Source: Gordius albopunctatus (taxonomy: Eukaryota). From it: a DNA stretch of 64,000 nucleotides. Location: the NCBI GenBank assembly GCA_964276515.1, contig OZ193909.1, forward strand, positions 4,154,001-4,218,000, written 5' to 3'. The notes below the pieces were generated by a model. That model saw only the letters and a program-made list of their open reading frames with translations, had not been told where the DNA came from and searched no databases. Within the stretch, counting starts at the first letter, position 1. Each line of letters starts with the position of its first letter. Position numbers and translations under genes: made by a program. Positions 12,492-24,489 of the stretch are shown here, piece by piece.

Positions 12492-12493
12492 TA
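12441..12493 (-). ncRNA. Twister ribozyme core at the RTE 5' terminus
   Basis: Minus strand reads U^AACACUACCAACGACGGUCCCAAGUCCGUGUGAAAAAAGUGGAGGGUUGGCG, matching the twister layout: P2 CACU/AGUG, P4 ACGG/CCGU, L4 UCCCAAGU, T1 with GGG, T2 AC/GU. Confidence 0.8.
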
Positions 12494-12512
12494 TTTGAGT
12501 TACTTTAATTAA

Positions 12513-13184
12513 TCTATATATATAAAGTAAAATGTATGTGTGTAGGGCTAAATTCTGAAACTACCCACCCGATTCGCGCGAAAATTTTGCCGTAGACGCC
12601 CAGGGCGGCCAGGGGTAAAATCGTTTTATCAGATTCCTAAAATACCTTTTCGTTTTAAAAATATCGGACATTTCCCGGCCAGTTCCATTTATAGCATCAT
12701 ATACAATAATGACGTCATACATACAAGGCTGAAGATTTATCGAATTAGATATTTAAAAGTATAATAAAAATGTTACAGTATACGGTCAAAATTATTGGGG
12801 TTTAACAAACTATTTAAATTAAATAAATGAAATTTAAATTATGCAATTTTTGCCATTATTATCACGTAGTCGATAATAGAAGCATATTTTTATTAATTAT
12901 ACATCCTCCAATTAATTATTTTATTATATTAAAGAAAATTGTATTTAAAATAAATCAGCTAACTAGAAAAATAAAATGATGGTATTATTGTATGATAAGT
13001 AACAGCATTAATCAGCATTTTTTTCAAAAACACCTCACATTCTGCATTTGAAAATTGGCATACCAAGTATCGCGATGTGCAATTTTCATATATGACCCCA
13101 TTTTAGATAAGTCTTATTAATAGGTTATACTTATTTAACTACTTAAGGACTGAGCCAAAGCAACGCTTGGCCGGGCACAGCTAG
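12513..13184 (+). mobile_element. Non-autonomous Helitron
   Basis: A|TCTATATATATAAA 5' end; 3' hairpin GCCAAAGCAACGCTTGGC followed by CTAG|T; inserted at an AT dinucleotide with no TSD. Confidence 0.85.
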
Positions 13185-13938
13185 TAAGTTATAAAATGTT
13201 TATTAAATAATATGTAAATCTTTTGAATCCTTTTTAAAGCAAATTATAAACTAACTTACAACGTTCCACCTATTTATAGAGTCGTCCCTCAAGTTGCTTC
13301 CGTAATTTAAAATATTTTGCCAATGGTTTTGAAATTTCCAGGTTGTTTTGGTAAGACGGGCGAAAAGAGTGGAACAAGTGAACTATTAAGCCAAACAGAG
13401 TCCGTTTTGCCAAAGATATAGTGTCCGGTCATCAAGTGTTTTGCTATCTTTGCATAAAATGAGTCCATACAGACAGAAACCTGCCTAATTTGTTTAAAGC
13501 TGCGGGGAGTAGGTACCGGTAAAATTATTCTTTCATTTAAATTAAATTTCAAGAAACAACTTTCAATAAAGAGAGTAAACCAAAAAGAATATAAAAGATG
13601 CAATGCATATTTTTCAAATTATAATCATTTGTAAAAAAAGAAAGAACTAATATGGCAGTTCGTTTTAACATCATGGCATTTATGTACAGTGGCAAAGAAA
13701 TATAGAAATACTTCAAAATAAAAGAATGCTTGCTTAATATTGTAATTTAAATTATATAGTTAATTGAGTTTTCACGGTAATTTAGTTTTCTTTGCATAAT
13801 GACATTGTGAAATCACACGTGCAATTACCCCACACATCTTTACAAAATGATTTGTAAATAGGCGCGCGCTTTTAATTACTATTTGATATGTTTATGATAT
13901 GTTAAAAGAGATCTCTTAAAGATCAAAAGCTTTATTGG

Positions 13939-14229
13939 ATGTTATGAGCCAAGAGGCGCACCATCTGCGCGTACTCTTGTTTAGTGATGGTGATTTGCTC
14001 CAATGAGCATTGCTAACTGTGAGCTCTGCCCCCTCACCCGCACAGTGTATCCTACTCTACTCATCAGGCTGTTGATGTACTAGATGACAATGCTCGAGAG
14101 GCTAAGGGGTAGTAGCAAAAAGTAACTCATGTATAGAGCTGTGTGCCTGAGCAGCATTATAAGTTGACTAACCGATTTCATATGAGCAAATGCTATGAGC
14201 AAGCATGTTATCTAAACTGCTCATAACAT
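13939..14229. mobile_element. Probable degenerate MITE
   Basis: 11-bp inverted repeat ATGTTATGAGC/GCTCATAACAT, a TAGTGATG end-like motif and repeated TGAGCA motifs. Confidence 0.4.
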
Positions 14230-15221
14230 AATGTTCTAATTAAAGCGTCCTTAGTTTTAACACAGTACATTCTGTTGTTCAACAATTATTGTGGCTATTT
14301 GAATAGGCGTAAGTCGGATTTCCTAAAGGGGGGGGGGGGGGGGTAAAAATATTTTAAGATCAAATTTTTTTGTTTATGATCTTATAATTTATTTTTTATA
14401 CATGCCAAAAATTAAAAAAAAAATTATTTAATTATAAATTTTTTAATTTTCTGTCTCACCCAGGTGGTAATAATCTGTTTGACAATTTTAATATGGTGTA
14501 ACTTTATATTTTATCGTTTTTAAGAACAGGTGTCAATGTTAAAATTTTATTAAAGGTACGAACTAATATTTTTTTCGATGTTCATTATATATATCTAAAA
14601 TGATTTTTAAAATTTATTTTTTATAAATGGCGAAATTATATTTTATTGTATGAATATTTTTTTGACATTCTAAATATGACTTAATGTTTCTAAATTTATA
14701 TTTAATAATATTTTTAGTTCAGGTCACAATGCAAAGTTTTATAAAAAGTGGGAAATTTCGCTTTATAGAATATTTTTTATATATGGCCAAAATAGCTTAA
14801 TGATATTAAAATTTATTTTTTATACATGAATATTATTGGCATTATAAATTTTTTAATTTTCTGTCTCACCCAAATGCTAATAAATTTTTTGACATTTTTA
14901 ATATGGTCTTTTAAGCCAGGTTAGAATGTAATAGTTTTATTAAAGGTGTGAATTTATTTTTTTGGCAAAAGATTTTGAAATTTATTGTTTAAAACATGGC
15001 AAAAATATTTTTATTTTATTTAAATATATTTGATTTAGATGTCTTATATCTGTTTCTAGTTCAAATTAAAGTATTGACACCAAATCAGCATTATTATTTT
15101 ATTAAATGTCACCAAAAATACACATAAATTACAACTAATATTATTTTAAATTAACATTTCCCCAAGACTTTACACACATAATTTGGGTAATCGTATTTGA
15201 GTTATACTTTATTTATCAGTG

Positions 15222-16076
15222 TTAACATGAGGTAGGTGCTATGATGCTATTCCACATTGTTGAGACATCAAGGGGAATTAAGGGTCCCTCAAGCACTTTA
15301 AATTTTTGCAAAAACAGCGGGGATGTATGCAGTTTGCGAACAAAGTCATGGACTCTCTCCAAATGGGGATAGAGTGACCCCAGGCCGGATCTTGCTATAA
15401 TATTAATCGTATGAGCTAAACAACGAATGTTGTAACATTCATTTAGGTGGGTATCTTTCAACAATTGTGAGATTTCTCGTGATGCATTCACTACATTAGC
15501 TCCATTATAGTGTGTAATGGTGAGTAACTTTCGGGACAACCCATGCTCGTTTATTACCTTGAGAATGAGAGATGTCTAATATCCCCCGATCGATGTGGAT
15601 AAGGGAAATCCACAAAACGAGTAAATAATTTTCCAGCTCCCAATCCTCATTCATAAAATGCATTGTTACGGCACAAAAAGTTGTTGAGTTTATGGCTGTC
15701 CACAAATCAGTACTGATACTGATTTTACTTTTAACGGCCTAGATTTTGGCATTTAATTGGTTTTTGGACTCATCATATATGGCTTTTAAATTACTTTTTG
15801 CCGTTTCTTTGAGGTATGTATAAGTATTTTTGAAAGTCACATCAGCAAATAAAGTGATTGGGAGGTAATTATCTACTATTACTTTCAAAATTTGCATATT
15901 TAAGTGTGTGTTTTCTTCCAAAGTCATTTTTTTCGAGCCAATTAGGCTTTTTTGTTGGATATTGTTTTCAATGTTAATAGCAGGATGATTTGTTTTGAAG
16001 TGTTTTCGCAGAGTCGCTTTTAATTTTTGAATGAAAAATAAAACTTTTAATAAAACCTTGAATAAATAATGTTGCG
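15222..16076 (-). pseudogene. Frameshifted hAT (Ac-like) transposase fragment
   Basis: Three ORF pieces carry hAT motifs: DLWTA..FCAVTMHF..W, NGANV, IRCLAHTINI, LDVSTMWNS. Confidence 0.85.
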
Positions 16077-16265
16077 TAGAGAACTGCACGAGTGACCCGA
16101 GACCCGACCCTCCGACCCGACCTGACCTAGGGTCGGGTATAAAATTATTATTTCAGGTCGGGTCGGGTAGAAAATTTGAAAATGTTTTCGGGTCGGGTTC
16201 GGGTTGAAAATTTTTAAATGCTTTAGGGTCGGGTCGGGTCAAATTTATAGAGTCGGGTCCAAGGT
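16077..16265. mobile_element. Left end of an hAT-derived element (same family as 41489-42164)
   Basis: TAGAGAACTGCACGAGTGACCCGA end plus GGGTCGGGT subterminal repeats. Confidence 0.65.
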
Positions 16266-16822
16266 TTATACATTGTAAAAAACACGCGAGACCTATTTTT
16301 TTAATTAATGTTAATTGCTAAGCAAATAGTGTTTAAATATGGCCATTTCGATCCAAAAATAGGAAAATAGATCGCTTAAAACAATTTATATAAAAGTAAC
16401 TTATAGATGTATATTGCTGGAATATTTTCTAGAACAGTCCTGACAGGTCTTGTGCCCTTTGGTAGGGGTCATTGAAAATTTTGAATGTATTAAGCTTCTC
16501 CCTTGTTGTGCTTGTGGTTCTGGTGTCGACTAAAGATTGTAATATTATTTAACACAATTATAAAATTAGAGATCTCTCCTGAGGAACTTGTGAAGAAATC
16601 TCCAAAATTGACTCATCTGTTAATGAATTATTTGCCATAAAAATTTTTGAGTTAAGCGAATAATAAAATGGGGAGAAAGGAGGACTTTTTAAAATAAGAA
16701 TAACAACGTTTTATGCTATGCGTATGAAAGATATAGAAGAGGGGATGGGCGATATCGATATATCACATAAGACATAATTAATTAACACATTCGTTGAGCA
16801 AAAGGGGTGAGCAACTTGCTAC

Positions 16823-19520
16823 ATGGCATGGAGCAGAGCCTTTTTATCTCAAGCATTCCCACTAACCATATCCAGAATTACAAGGGGGGCCCGGGCGTGC
16901 ATGCAACAGTTTTTAATAAACTTACTTAACAATATTATTTCTCTCCCTCAGAACCTATCATATTGGAAGAAATTATTTAAATTCTCTTTTTACATTTTAT
17001 CTATTCCTCAAGACAAGGAAGCAAATATTACTCATAATATTAAACAATCAGTTTTAAATTTTGACAGTCAAAACAGCCCTCCAGCATATAACATGGATAG
17101 AAAGGAATCCCAAATATTAACCCCCAAACAAAAAGCGAATAAAATCTCTTGAAAAATTCACTCATTCAACATCAAAAGTGCAATGAGATACCTTGAAGAA
17201 GACAATTCATTTTTGAGTTCTTCACAAAAATCATATGAAGAAATGGTTCTCAAACATCCCCAGAGTCTATCGTCTACTTACCTATCGCCCTCGCAATCTT
17301 CAGATATTGCTTTTAAGTCATCAGACATTCGAGATGTCATCTTATCTTTTCCCATGGATTCTGCAGGTGGTCTTGACGGCATAAAACCAATTTTTTTAAA
17401 AGATCTTATAACGATTGATAATAATAACTCCTCTATCTTACTAGACTTACTCACCAAATTTTGTAACCTTTTAGTCAATGGGAGTATACCTAAAGAAATA
17501 ACGCCCATAGTCTTTGGAGCTAAGCTTTTAGCTATTAGGAAGGCCGACAATTCAGCCAGGCCTATCGCTATCGGCGGTGTCTTCCGAAGAATTATTTCTA
17601 AATTAACTTGCTCGGCGATCAAACCAATATTGACCCCTACTTTAAAACCGCATCAACTAGGCTTTGGGGTCGAAGGAGGGTGCGAGATAGCTACCCATGC
17701 TGCACGCTTAGCCCTGGAACACCTCCCTCTGGGTGACTCCTTTATAAAACTGGCTTTCAATAGCATTCGCCGCACTGCCTTCATTAATGGTTTTATCAAG
17801 CTATTTCCCCAATACACCAACTACATCATTTTAAGTTACGGATGTCCTTCGATTTTGAAATTTGGAGAATTCTTCCTTGAATCCGCAGAAGGGATCCAAC
17901 AAGGCGACCCCCTAGGCCCCTCTTTATTCTGCTTGGCTATAAATTACCTAATTAATGAAATTAACAAACATTGTAAACTCACCCTTAATGTCTGGTATCT
18001 AGATGACACCACTCTTGTTGGCACCCCTGACAACCTACAAGCACTAGAAGTAATACAAGCTTTCTTCCCCACTTTAAACTTATGTTTAAACGCCTCTAAA
18101 AGTGAAATATATTCTGACTTGGATACCATTCACCCAAAGTTTTTTGACTTTGCCAAAATTAAAAAAGACAATTTGTATGTTTTAGGCGCACCTATCGGGG
18201 GACCCCAGTGCCTTAAAAATTTTTTAGACAAAAATCTCTCTTCTTTAAAAACCAAATTAGACATTTTTAAATCTATGCACTCTCATCATTCCTTTTTCAT
18301 TATAAAAAATGATTACAACATTAGCAAAATTTTATTCTGCTTCCGCTCCACGCAAGCTTTTTTATTTAAAGAAGTTTTACACGACTATGAAAACTTTTTT
18401 AAATCCACTCTTGAATCAATTTTAAATATTTCCTTTAACACCAATACTTGGCTTCAAGCCACACTTCCCACAAAATCCGGTGGCCTTGGTATTCGCTCAC
18501 CATCTGCGATTTCCCTAGCCGCCTTCATTTCTTCCTCTCTATCTTTTAAACATCATATCAACGACCTTGTCCCATTCCCACTTAATCCCTCCATAAATCA
18601 AGCCCTATCCTTATGGAATGAGAACGTCAATGTAGGAGCTAATATACCACAATCATACGCTCAAAAAGATTTTTATGCAAGTTTGGTGTCGCCGTACGTT
18701 GCTTACCTTCTCTCGACATGCGACGCCAAACAGCATTGCAATCTTAGGTCATTGGCTTTCGACCAATCCGGACATGAATGGCTTGAAGCTTACCCTAGTA
18801 AGTTTTCGGGTATGTTTTTGGAGAATCCTACCCTGTCCTACAATATAGCCCTCCGCTTGGGCTGTAAATACACGTCCTCATACCCCTGCCGGCTTTGTAA
18901 TTCACTTGTAGATGAGGAAGCACGTCACCCTCTGCATTGTAAATTTAACAAAAGCCGGTATGGTAGGCACCAAAAAATAAATACACTGCTTCAAATGTTC
19001 CTTCGATCCTTGAACTTTAAGATCCCTCTCTCGAAAAGCGGATGCGTCCGGACGGTTCGTCACTTATCCCATGAGACAAAGGCCTTTTCCTAAAATGGGA
19101 CTACACCTGTATTGACCTATTTGCTTCCTCCAACGATACTCAAGACACCCTAGGATCGGCAGAGCATCGGAAATCCTTAAAATATTCAGCTTTATCCCAA
19201 ACCTCGATTTTTATTCCTATCGTCTCATCGTGCTCAGGGATGTTTGGGAAGAGCGCATTAATTTTATTAAAGAACTCAATAAACGCTCGCCCCCTTGTAA
19301 AATATCGAATAGTTTTTTACTACGACAATCAATTGCCATCGCGATCGCTAAATCTAATTTTTATTCTTTGATGGATTCAATGCCCATTCTCAAAGATGAA
19401 GATACGGATAATGTATTTTAATCATTTTTTTATGAATGTTTTTGTTCTTGTATCTTTTTAACAATTCCGCTCAATATTTAATACTTTTTATTTAATAAAG
19501 CATGTCAATTCTAAAAAAAA
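16823..19520 (+). mobile_element. CRE-clade RLE non-LTR retrotransposon, 5'-truncated and disrupted
   Basis: RT (RPIAIG, GIQQGDPLGP, WYLDD), GGLG, CxxC..HxxxC knuckle and RH, then RPDG..WDYTCID in a shifted frame. AATAAA at 19494 and an A-tail at ~19513-19520; stop at 17150 and frameshift near 19020. Confidence 0.85.
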
Positions 19521-19524
19521 GTAA

Positions 19525-20402
19525 ACCGTGCAATGGCGCAACACATCCCGGCTGACTCATTTTTATATTTAAGTGCAAGACAATGCGGATATAACTTGTT
19601 GAAATTACCAATTACCACTTTGGAATCGGCGTAATATTCAACATCAGGCTCATACTGGAATGCTAGTCGAAAGAATGAAGCCGATTTAAATGGTCGATGT
19701 ACTTGTTGGCGTTGTTGATCATTTTCTCTACGTGTGTTGATTACAAATCGGCGGGCTTGTTTTTTTTAAATTGTTTTGTTAATTTCGTTCATCTCGTGCC
19801 TCTTGTGATTGTGATTTACGTATTTGGGCCATGCTCACACGCATATCTGCATTGTCTTGTAGGATTTGTTTGTCTGTTATTTGTGCTCTTATTTTTAACA
19901 CGACTGCATTTTGTTTCGTATCACGACCCAAATTGTTCCTTTTGCATTTAGCTGGCATTGTTACCAATAAATATAACATATTTAATATATCAAATTGAGT
20001 TACTTAAAGGGGGAAAACATTAAACTATCGAATTCTCATGCAGGCTACGCGCATGCTATATGGTGTTTTTATAAGTAGAAAACTTCAGCCTTTTTATATA
20101 TTAGATTATTTACATTGTCGCATTTTACAATATACATCTAAAGCGTCAATTTTTGCATTTTTACAGTATCCCTGTATGACGTTATATGACGTCATGAGGT
20201 TGATTTTGATTGACGTTTTATTAAACGTAAAACGTATAAAACAAAATAACTTGACGTCTTATCATTTAGAGATTTCGAATATAGTTTAAACCTAATTCTC
20301 AGACCTACCAAATTATTGCAGAAACTTTCATAAAAATCTGTCCAGTCTTTTCGGAGGAGTTTAACAATAAATACCATGACACGAAAATTTTATATATTAG
20401 AT
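19525..20402 (-). mobile_element. 5' portion of an autonomous Helitron (Rep N-terminus, disrupted)
   Basis: TCTAATATATAAAA 5' ends at ~20402 and ~20105. Minus-strand translation MPAKCKRNNLGR...RLAFQYEPDVEYYADSKVVIGNFNKLYPHCLALKYKNESAGMCCA resembles the Helitron Rep N-terminal Cys motif. Confidence 0.75.
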
Positions 20403-20739
20403 TTAAAAAGTTAAATTTTTGTAAAACCTGCTATAAAACATTTATTAATACTTTATTTATTGAGGAATATGTTTTACTTCATTCCTTCTTATTTATCAAC
20501 TTCTAAATTAATCAAAATGACGAAAGGAACGCAAATAGAGGGTATGACTTTAGAAAAGCCAATAGTGATTCTTCCAAAATGTACAACTTTCAATTCGGAG
20601 TTTTTTTGATACGGTATAAATTTAAAAAATTTGGTGTATGCGACCCATAATTTGAATTATGACTATAGACTCTATTCAAATCATGCGCATATGTATAGTA
20701 TAAACAAGATATTAAAAACTAAAAAAATTTCCAATCAGA

Positions 20740-20960
20740 CCTTGGCCATTGGTCATATTTTTCAGTGGTCAGACGGCCTAATAGTCTATAATTATAATAT
20801 AGGAAAGAATGCGATATACACTTTGACCAGTGTTCATTTTTCTAATGGTCAGCAGACAGCCAAATAACTAGTCTATAATTATAATCTAGAAAAAAATAGA
20901 TTTTAATCTCACTCTGGCCAGTGGTCATTTTTCCATTGGTCAGTAGCCAGCAGACTATCT
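20740..20960. repeat. Three degenerate ~80-90 bp tandem units
   Basis: TGGCCA(G/T)TGGTCAT..TTT..TGGTCAG...AGTCTATAATTATAAT-like units start near 20740, 20820 and 20911. Confidence 0.6.
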
Positions 20961-22675
20961 ATTTTATTTAAATCTATTTTACTTATCTGACGATGTCCTC
21001 TATGAGGACGAAATATTATATTTACTACAATAATTTTTTAACACCCTCGACAATTCCCGAAAAAATATCTATGAAGAACATTAAATATTCATGTTGCATT
21101 ATCAAATTCAAACTTTATTCAGAGTTAATACATTTCTTTCGCGTATTTGGCAAATAGTTTGTCCTTGTAGGTGAAAACATTTTTAAACATTTCTAGGGAA
21201 TGCCTCATGAAACGCTTGACATAATAGCTTCTATGTAAATAAATAACTATACTTTTCATCAAAACTAATCTTTATTTAATCTGGTTTGGTTAACCACAAA
21301 ATAATGTATAAAATGATTGCCACACTGAGGTTCTTTTGTGAATGGCTTAAACTTATTTTTTCATTAAATCTGATTGTATATTTTATCGTATATTATCATA
21401 CTCTAAATTAATTGTAATTTATAAAAAGATATTTAAACAATTAATTAGTAACAACTTAACATTTTATGTAGAGCTATTGAGTCTTTAAGTTTGATTGTCA
21501 TAATAGAACTTTGCAATATTGACCAAAAAGACAAAAAACTAATGTAGATTATATAAAATTGTTTTCAATTACACAACACACTAAATGTATGAATTCTGGC
21601 AAAATTTGCTGCTCATTTGCTCACATCAACCTAAGTTAATTTGATAGGCAAATGTTATAATAATTTTTTTTAGATTTTCAGGACTAAACCGTTTTCCTTA
21701 GATAATTCCGTAAGTGTATAGGTCTATAATGGAAAATAATTAAACAATTGTACATATGGAATGGATGTGTGAACCTTTTGGACAACACTATATATTTACT
21801 TACACCATTGTTCAAGTTGCTCTATTTAAGACATTACTGCGCTTAACGTGTTAAGCATATATAAGTTAAAATTTTATTGAACATCGCTTTGACATTTAAC
21901 AAATTCTATAGATTAAGTTTCTAGTTAATAATGATAAACGTTTATTGTAAAGAACTATAAACTATCTTTTTCCATAAATTTATTAGTTCACGAGGAAAAA
22001 GAGAATAACGGAAAAATACGTAATTATAAGACCAAAATTTATAAATTTCATTAAATCAAATGGGCCAAATAAAAAAATATATATAATGAATCGTCTAAAT
22101 ATTATTAAAAATTGGGGTCCAAAAAATGGTTAATAAGTTTTGTAATGTTGATTAGCAATCTTAAGACCTTTATAAACACATGTTTAAAATTTGAAAGGTT
22201 TTGAAAAAATACTTTGAAAGTTATAAGAAGTTAAAAAGTGGGATAAAGTTATACCCTACGAATGCTCTCGCGTTCGGGATTTTCAGGAATACTCTCGAGG
22301 GTTAAAGGCCCTTTGTTTGAACAAGTTTCGATATTCAAGGTCGTCCCGCAAAATTTGGATATTCACCTTGTTTTCAAATCTAGTATTTAAAGAATACTGA
22401 CTAATGAGATGTTGGAAAACGCAATCAGGCAGGTCACGATGATATTGACTCTTTATTTACAACTGTACAAATAAAAAATAATAAGGTTAGCCAACCTTTC
22501 TTACAGTATCTAACTTCACTTATTTATGCCATTGAGTCAGTTAGAAAATTTTCAAGGCGAAATTTTTTTGTAAATATTTTTTTTTGAAAAATCTTTTTTT
22601 TTCTAAAAGTTTTAAGTGGCAATAGCGTAAAAATAATAAAATACTATAAGTGAAATTCCAAAAAATATTTGTTTA

Positions 22676-23597
22676 CTAGATGAACCCGGCAAACGTTGTT
22701 TTGCCATTTACCCGCGTGTATTAAATTATGTTGGAATTTTAGGGATTGAAGTAAAAATAAAGTTTGATGTGTATATGTTCTACTTCTATTGTTTTATTTC
22801 CATATAATAGATTAAGAATATATCAAATATAATTGGTAAGTGTTTATTATGCAAAAATTTTTAAACAAATAGTTAAAGAGGGTCCAAGGCCCAGGCCCAC
22901 CCAAGAGAGAAAACCTGACCCCATGCCCCCCCCCCCCAAGGGAAAAATCTTTGGCCGGCTGGCCATTCAACAATTTTTTATATTTTTTTGTAATTAAGAA
23001 ACAATATCATAATTATAATTATTTGTTTCTGAATAAAACTTTTAATTCTGAACTTAATAATGTCCGAAGAACTGAGATATTCAACATTTATTGGCACTTT
23101 GTTAAAAGTATTTTCATTTTTCTCCTTATTTAATGCGCAAAAAATGACAAAATTAGATTTTTTAATTTATTTAGCCACGCAGGAGGGGACACGACCGTCC
23201 TATAATAATAATAATTGACGTGAATATAAGCAAAAAAATGAATTTGATTTAATGTTTCAAATCGTAAAAAGTTTCCATTTTCCGCAGCACATGTCTACAT
23301 TTGTCACACTACACTACCTACACGCATGCACACACATAGTTTCATTTAGATACGCCGGAAGTACGTCATGTGGTTGCGTTTGATTGACATTTTTTTAAAC
23401 GTCACAACGTATAAAACAATATATCTCAAAAGCTACTGGACCGATTTGGCTCAAACAAATCTTAAAATATGCTCCGGAGTGTCAGGTATAAACTGTGAAA
23501 ATTTGAGCCAAATCGGTCTGGTAGTTTTCCAAAATTGGTGGCGGCATACACACATACAGACACACATACATACATGGTTTCATTTTTATATATAAGA
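22676..23597 (-). mobile_element. Non-autonomous Helitron
   Basis: Minus strand A|TCTTATATATAAAA 5' end; 3' hairpin GGCAAAACAACGTTTGCC then CTAG|T. Confidence 0.85.
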
Positions 23598-23629
23598 TAT
23601 TCAATAACAATATAAAAATGACATTGGCG

Positions 23630-24479
23630 AAAAGGTGTTATTAAAAAGATTACTGATTTTATAACTTCGCCGAAAAAATTGAATCTCTTAAACTCTGTAT
23701 TGCTATCTTTGTCAACCAATCGAAAATCCTCTAAATTAACAACCCTTTGTGAAACAAGGTGGACCCAAAAGCATAATGCTGTCAAAAGATTTTATGAATT
23801 TAAAGAAGCCATTTTTACTACACATGAAAAGATTTGTGAATGGGATGATGTAGAATCATCATCGAATGCAATTATTCTACTTGCATCATTGAAACAAGGC
23901 CAATTTTGGGTGTCCATCTTTATGTTTAACCAATTCTTTTCTTATACAATACATCTAAGCAACTATTTGCATGGAATTAACATCGATCTATCAAAGGCAA
24001 TATATGCCGCCCGAAGAGGAGTTTAAAACTATTTTTACCAGTTTTTCAACATTTGGAAAAAGTCATGATTTTTCCATTACTATTCCTAGTTTAAAAAGTC
24101 AAACATGCAGACAACATGCCCCGAAGCCTATTACAAGATCTCGTTGTATAATGCCTTTTTGGATTCGGTTTTAGCTGAAATAGATGAACGATTCACTAAA
24201 ATCACACAAATACTTATGGAATTTGATACCCTGTTTATTAAAGACCCCGTTCAGCTCACCCCTCAAATATTAAATAATTTTTTAATATTAGCTAAATTTT
24301 ATGAAGATGATCTTGAAGGATCAGAAGAGCAATTTGAATCCGGTATTAAATCGTGGTATTCATCGTTTAAAGACTCCAATACAGAAAAACTACCCAGCAC
24401 ACATGCCTCTAAACTTAATCTTTATCCTAATATTAAAACTCTTTACCATGTTCTAGCAACCTTACATTTGACAACGTGC
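23630..24479 (+). pseudogene. hAT transposase fragment (P52rIPK/ZMYM-like type), left arm of an inverted pair
   Basis: LCETRW..., AFLDSVLAEIDERF and YPNIKTLYHVLATL in frameshifted ORFs. Confidence 0.85.
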
Positions 24480-24489
24480 AAATTATATA

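Noticed and set aside
13260..13608. Possible exons or ORF on the minus strand
   Set aside because: No recognisable domain and no consistent splice chain could be built.
16740..16835. PIF1-helicase-like peptide T*LINTFVEQKG*ATCYMAWS
   Set aside because: Too short and stop-ridden to support without a search.
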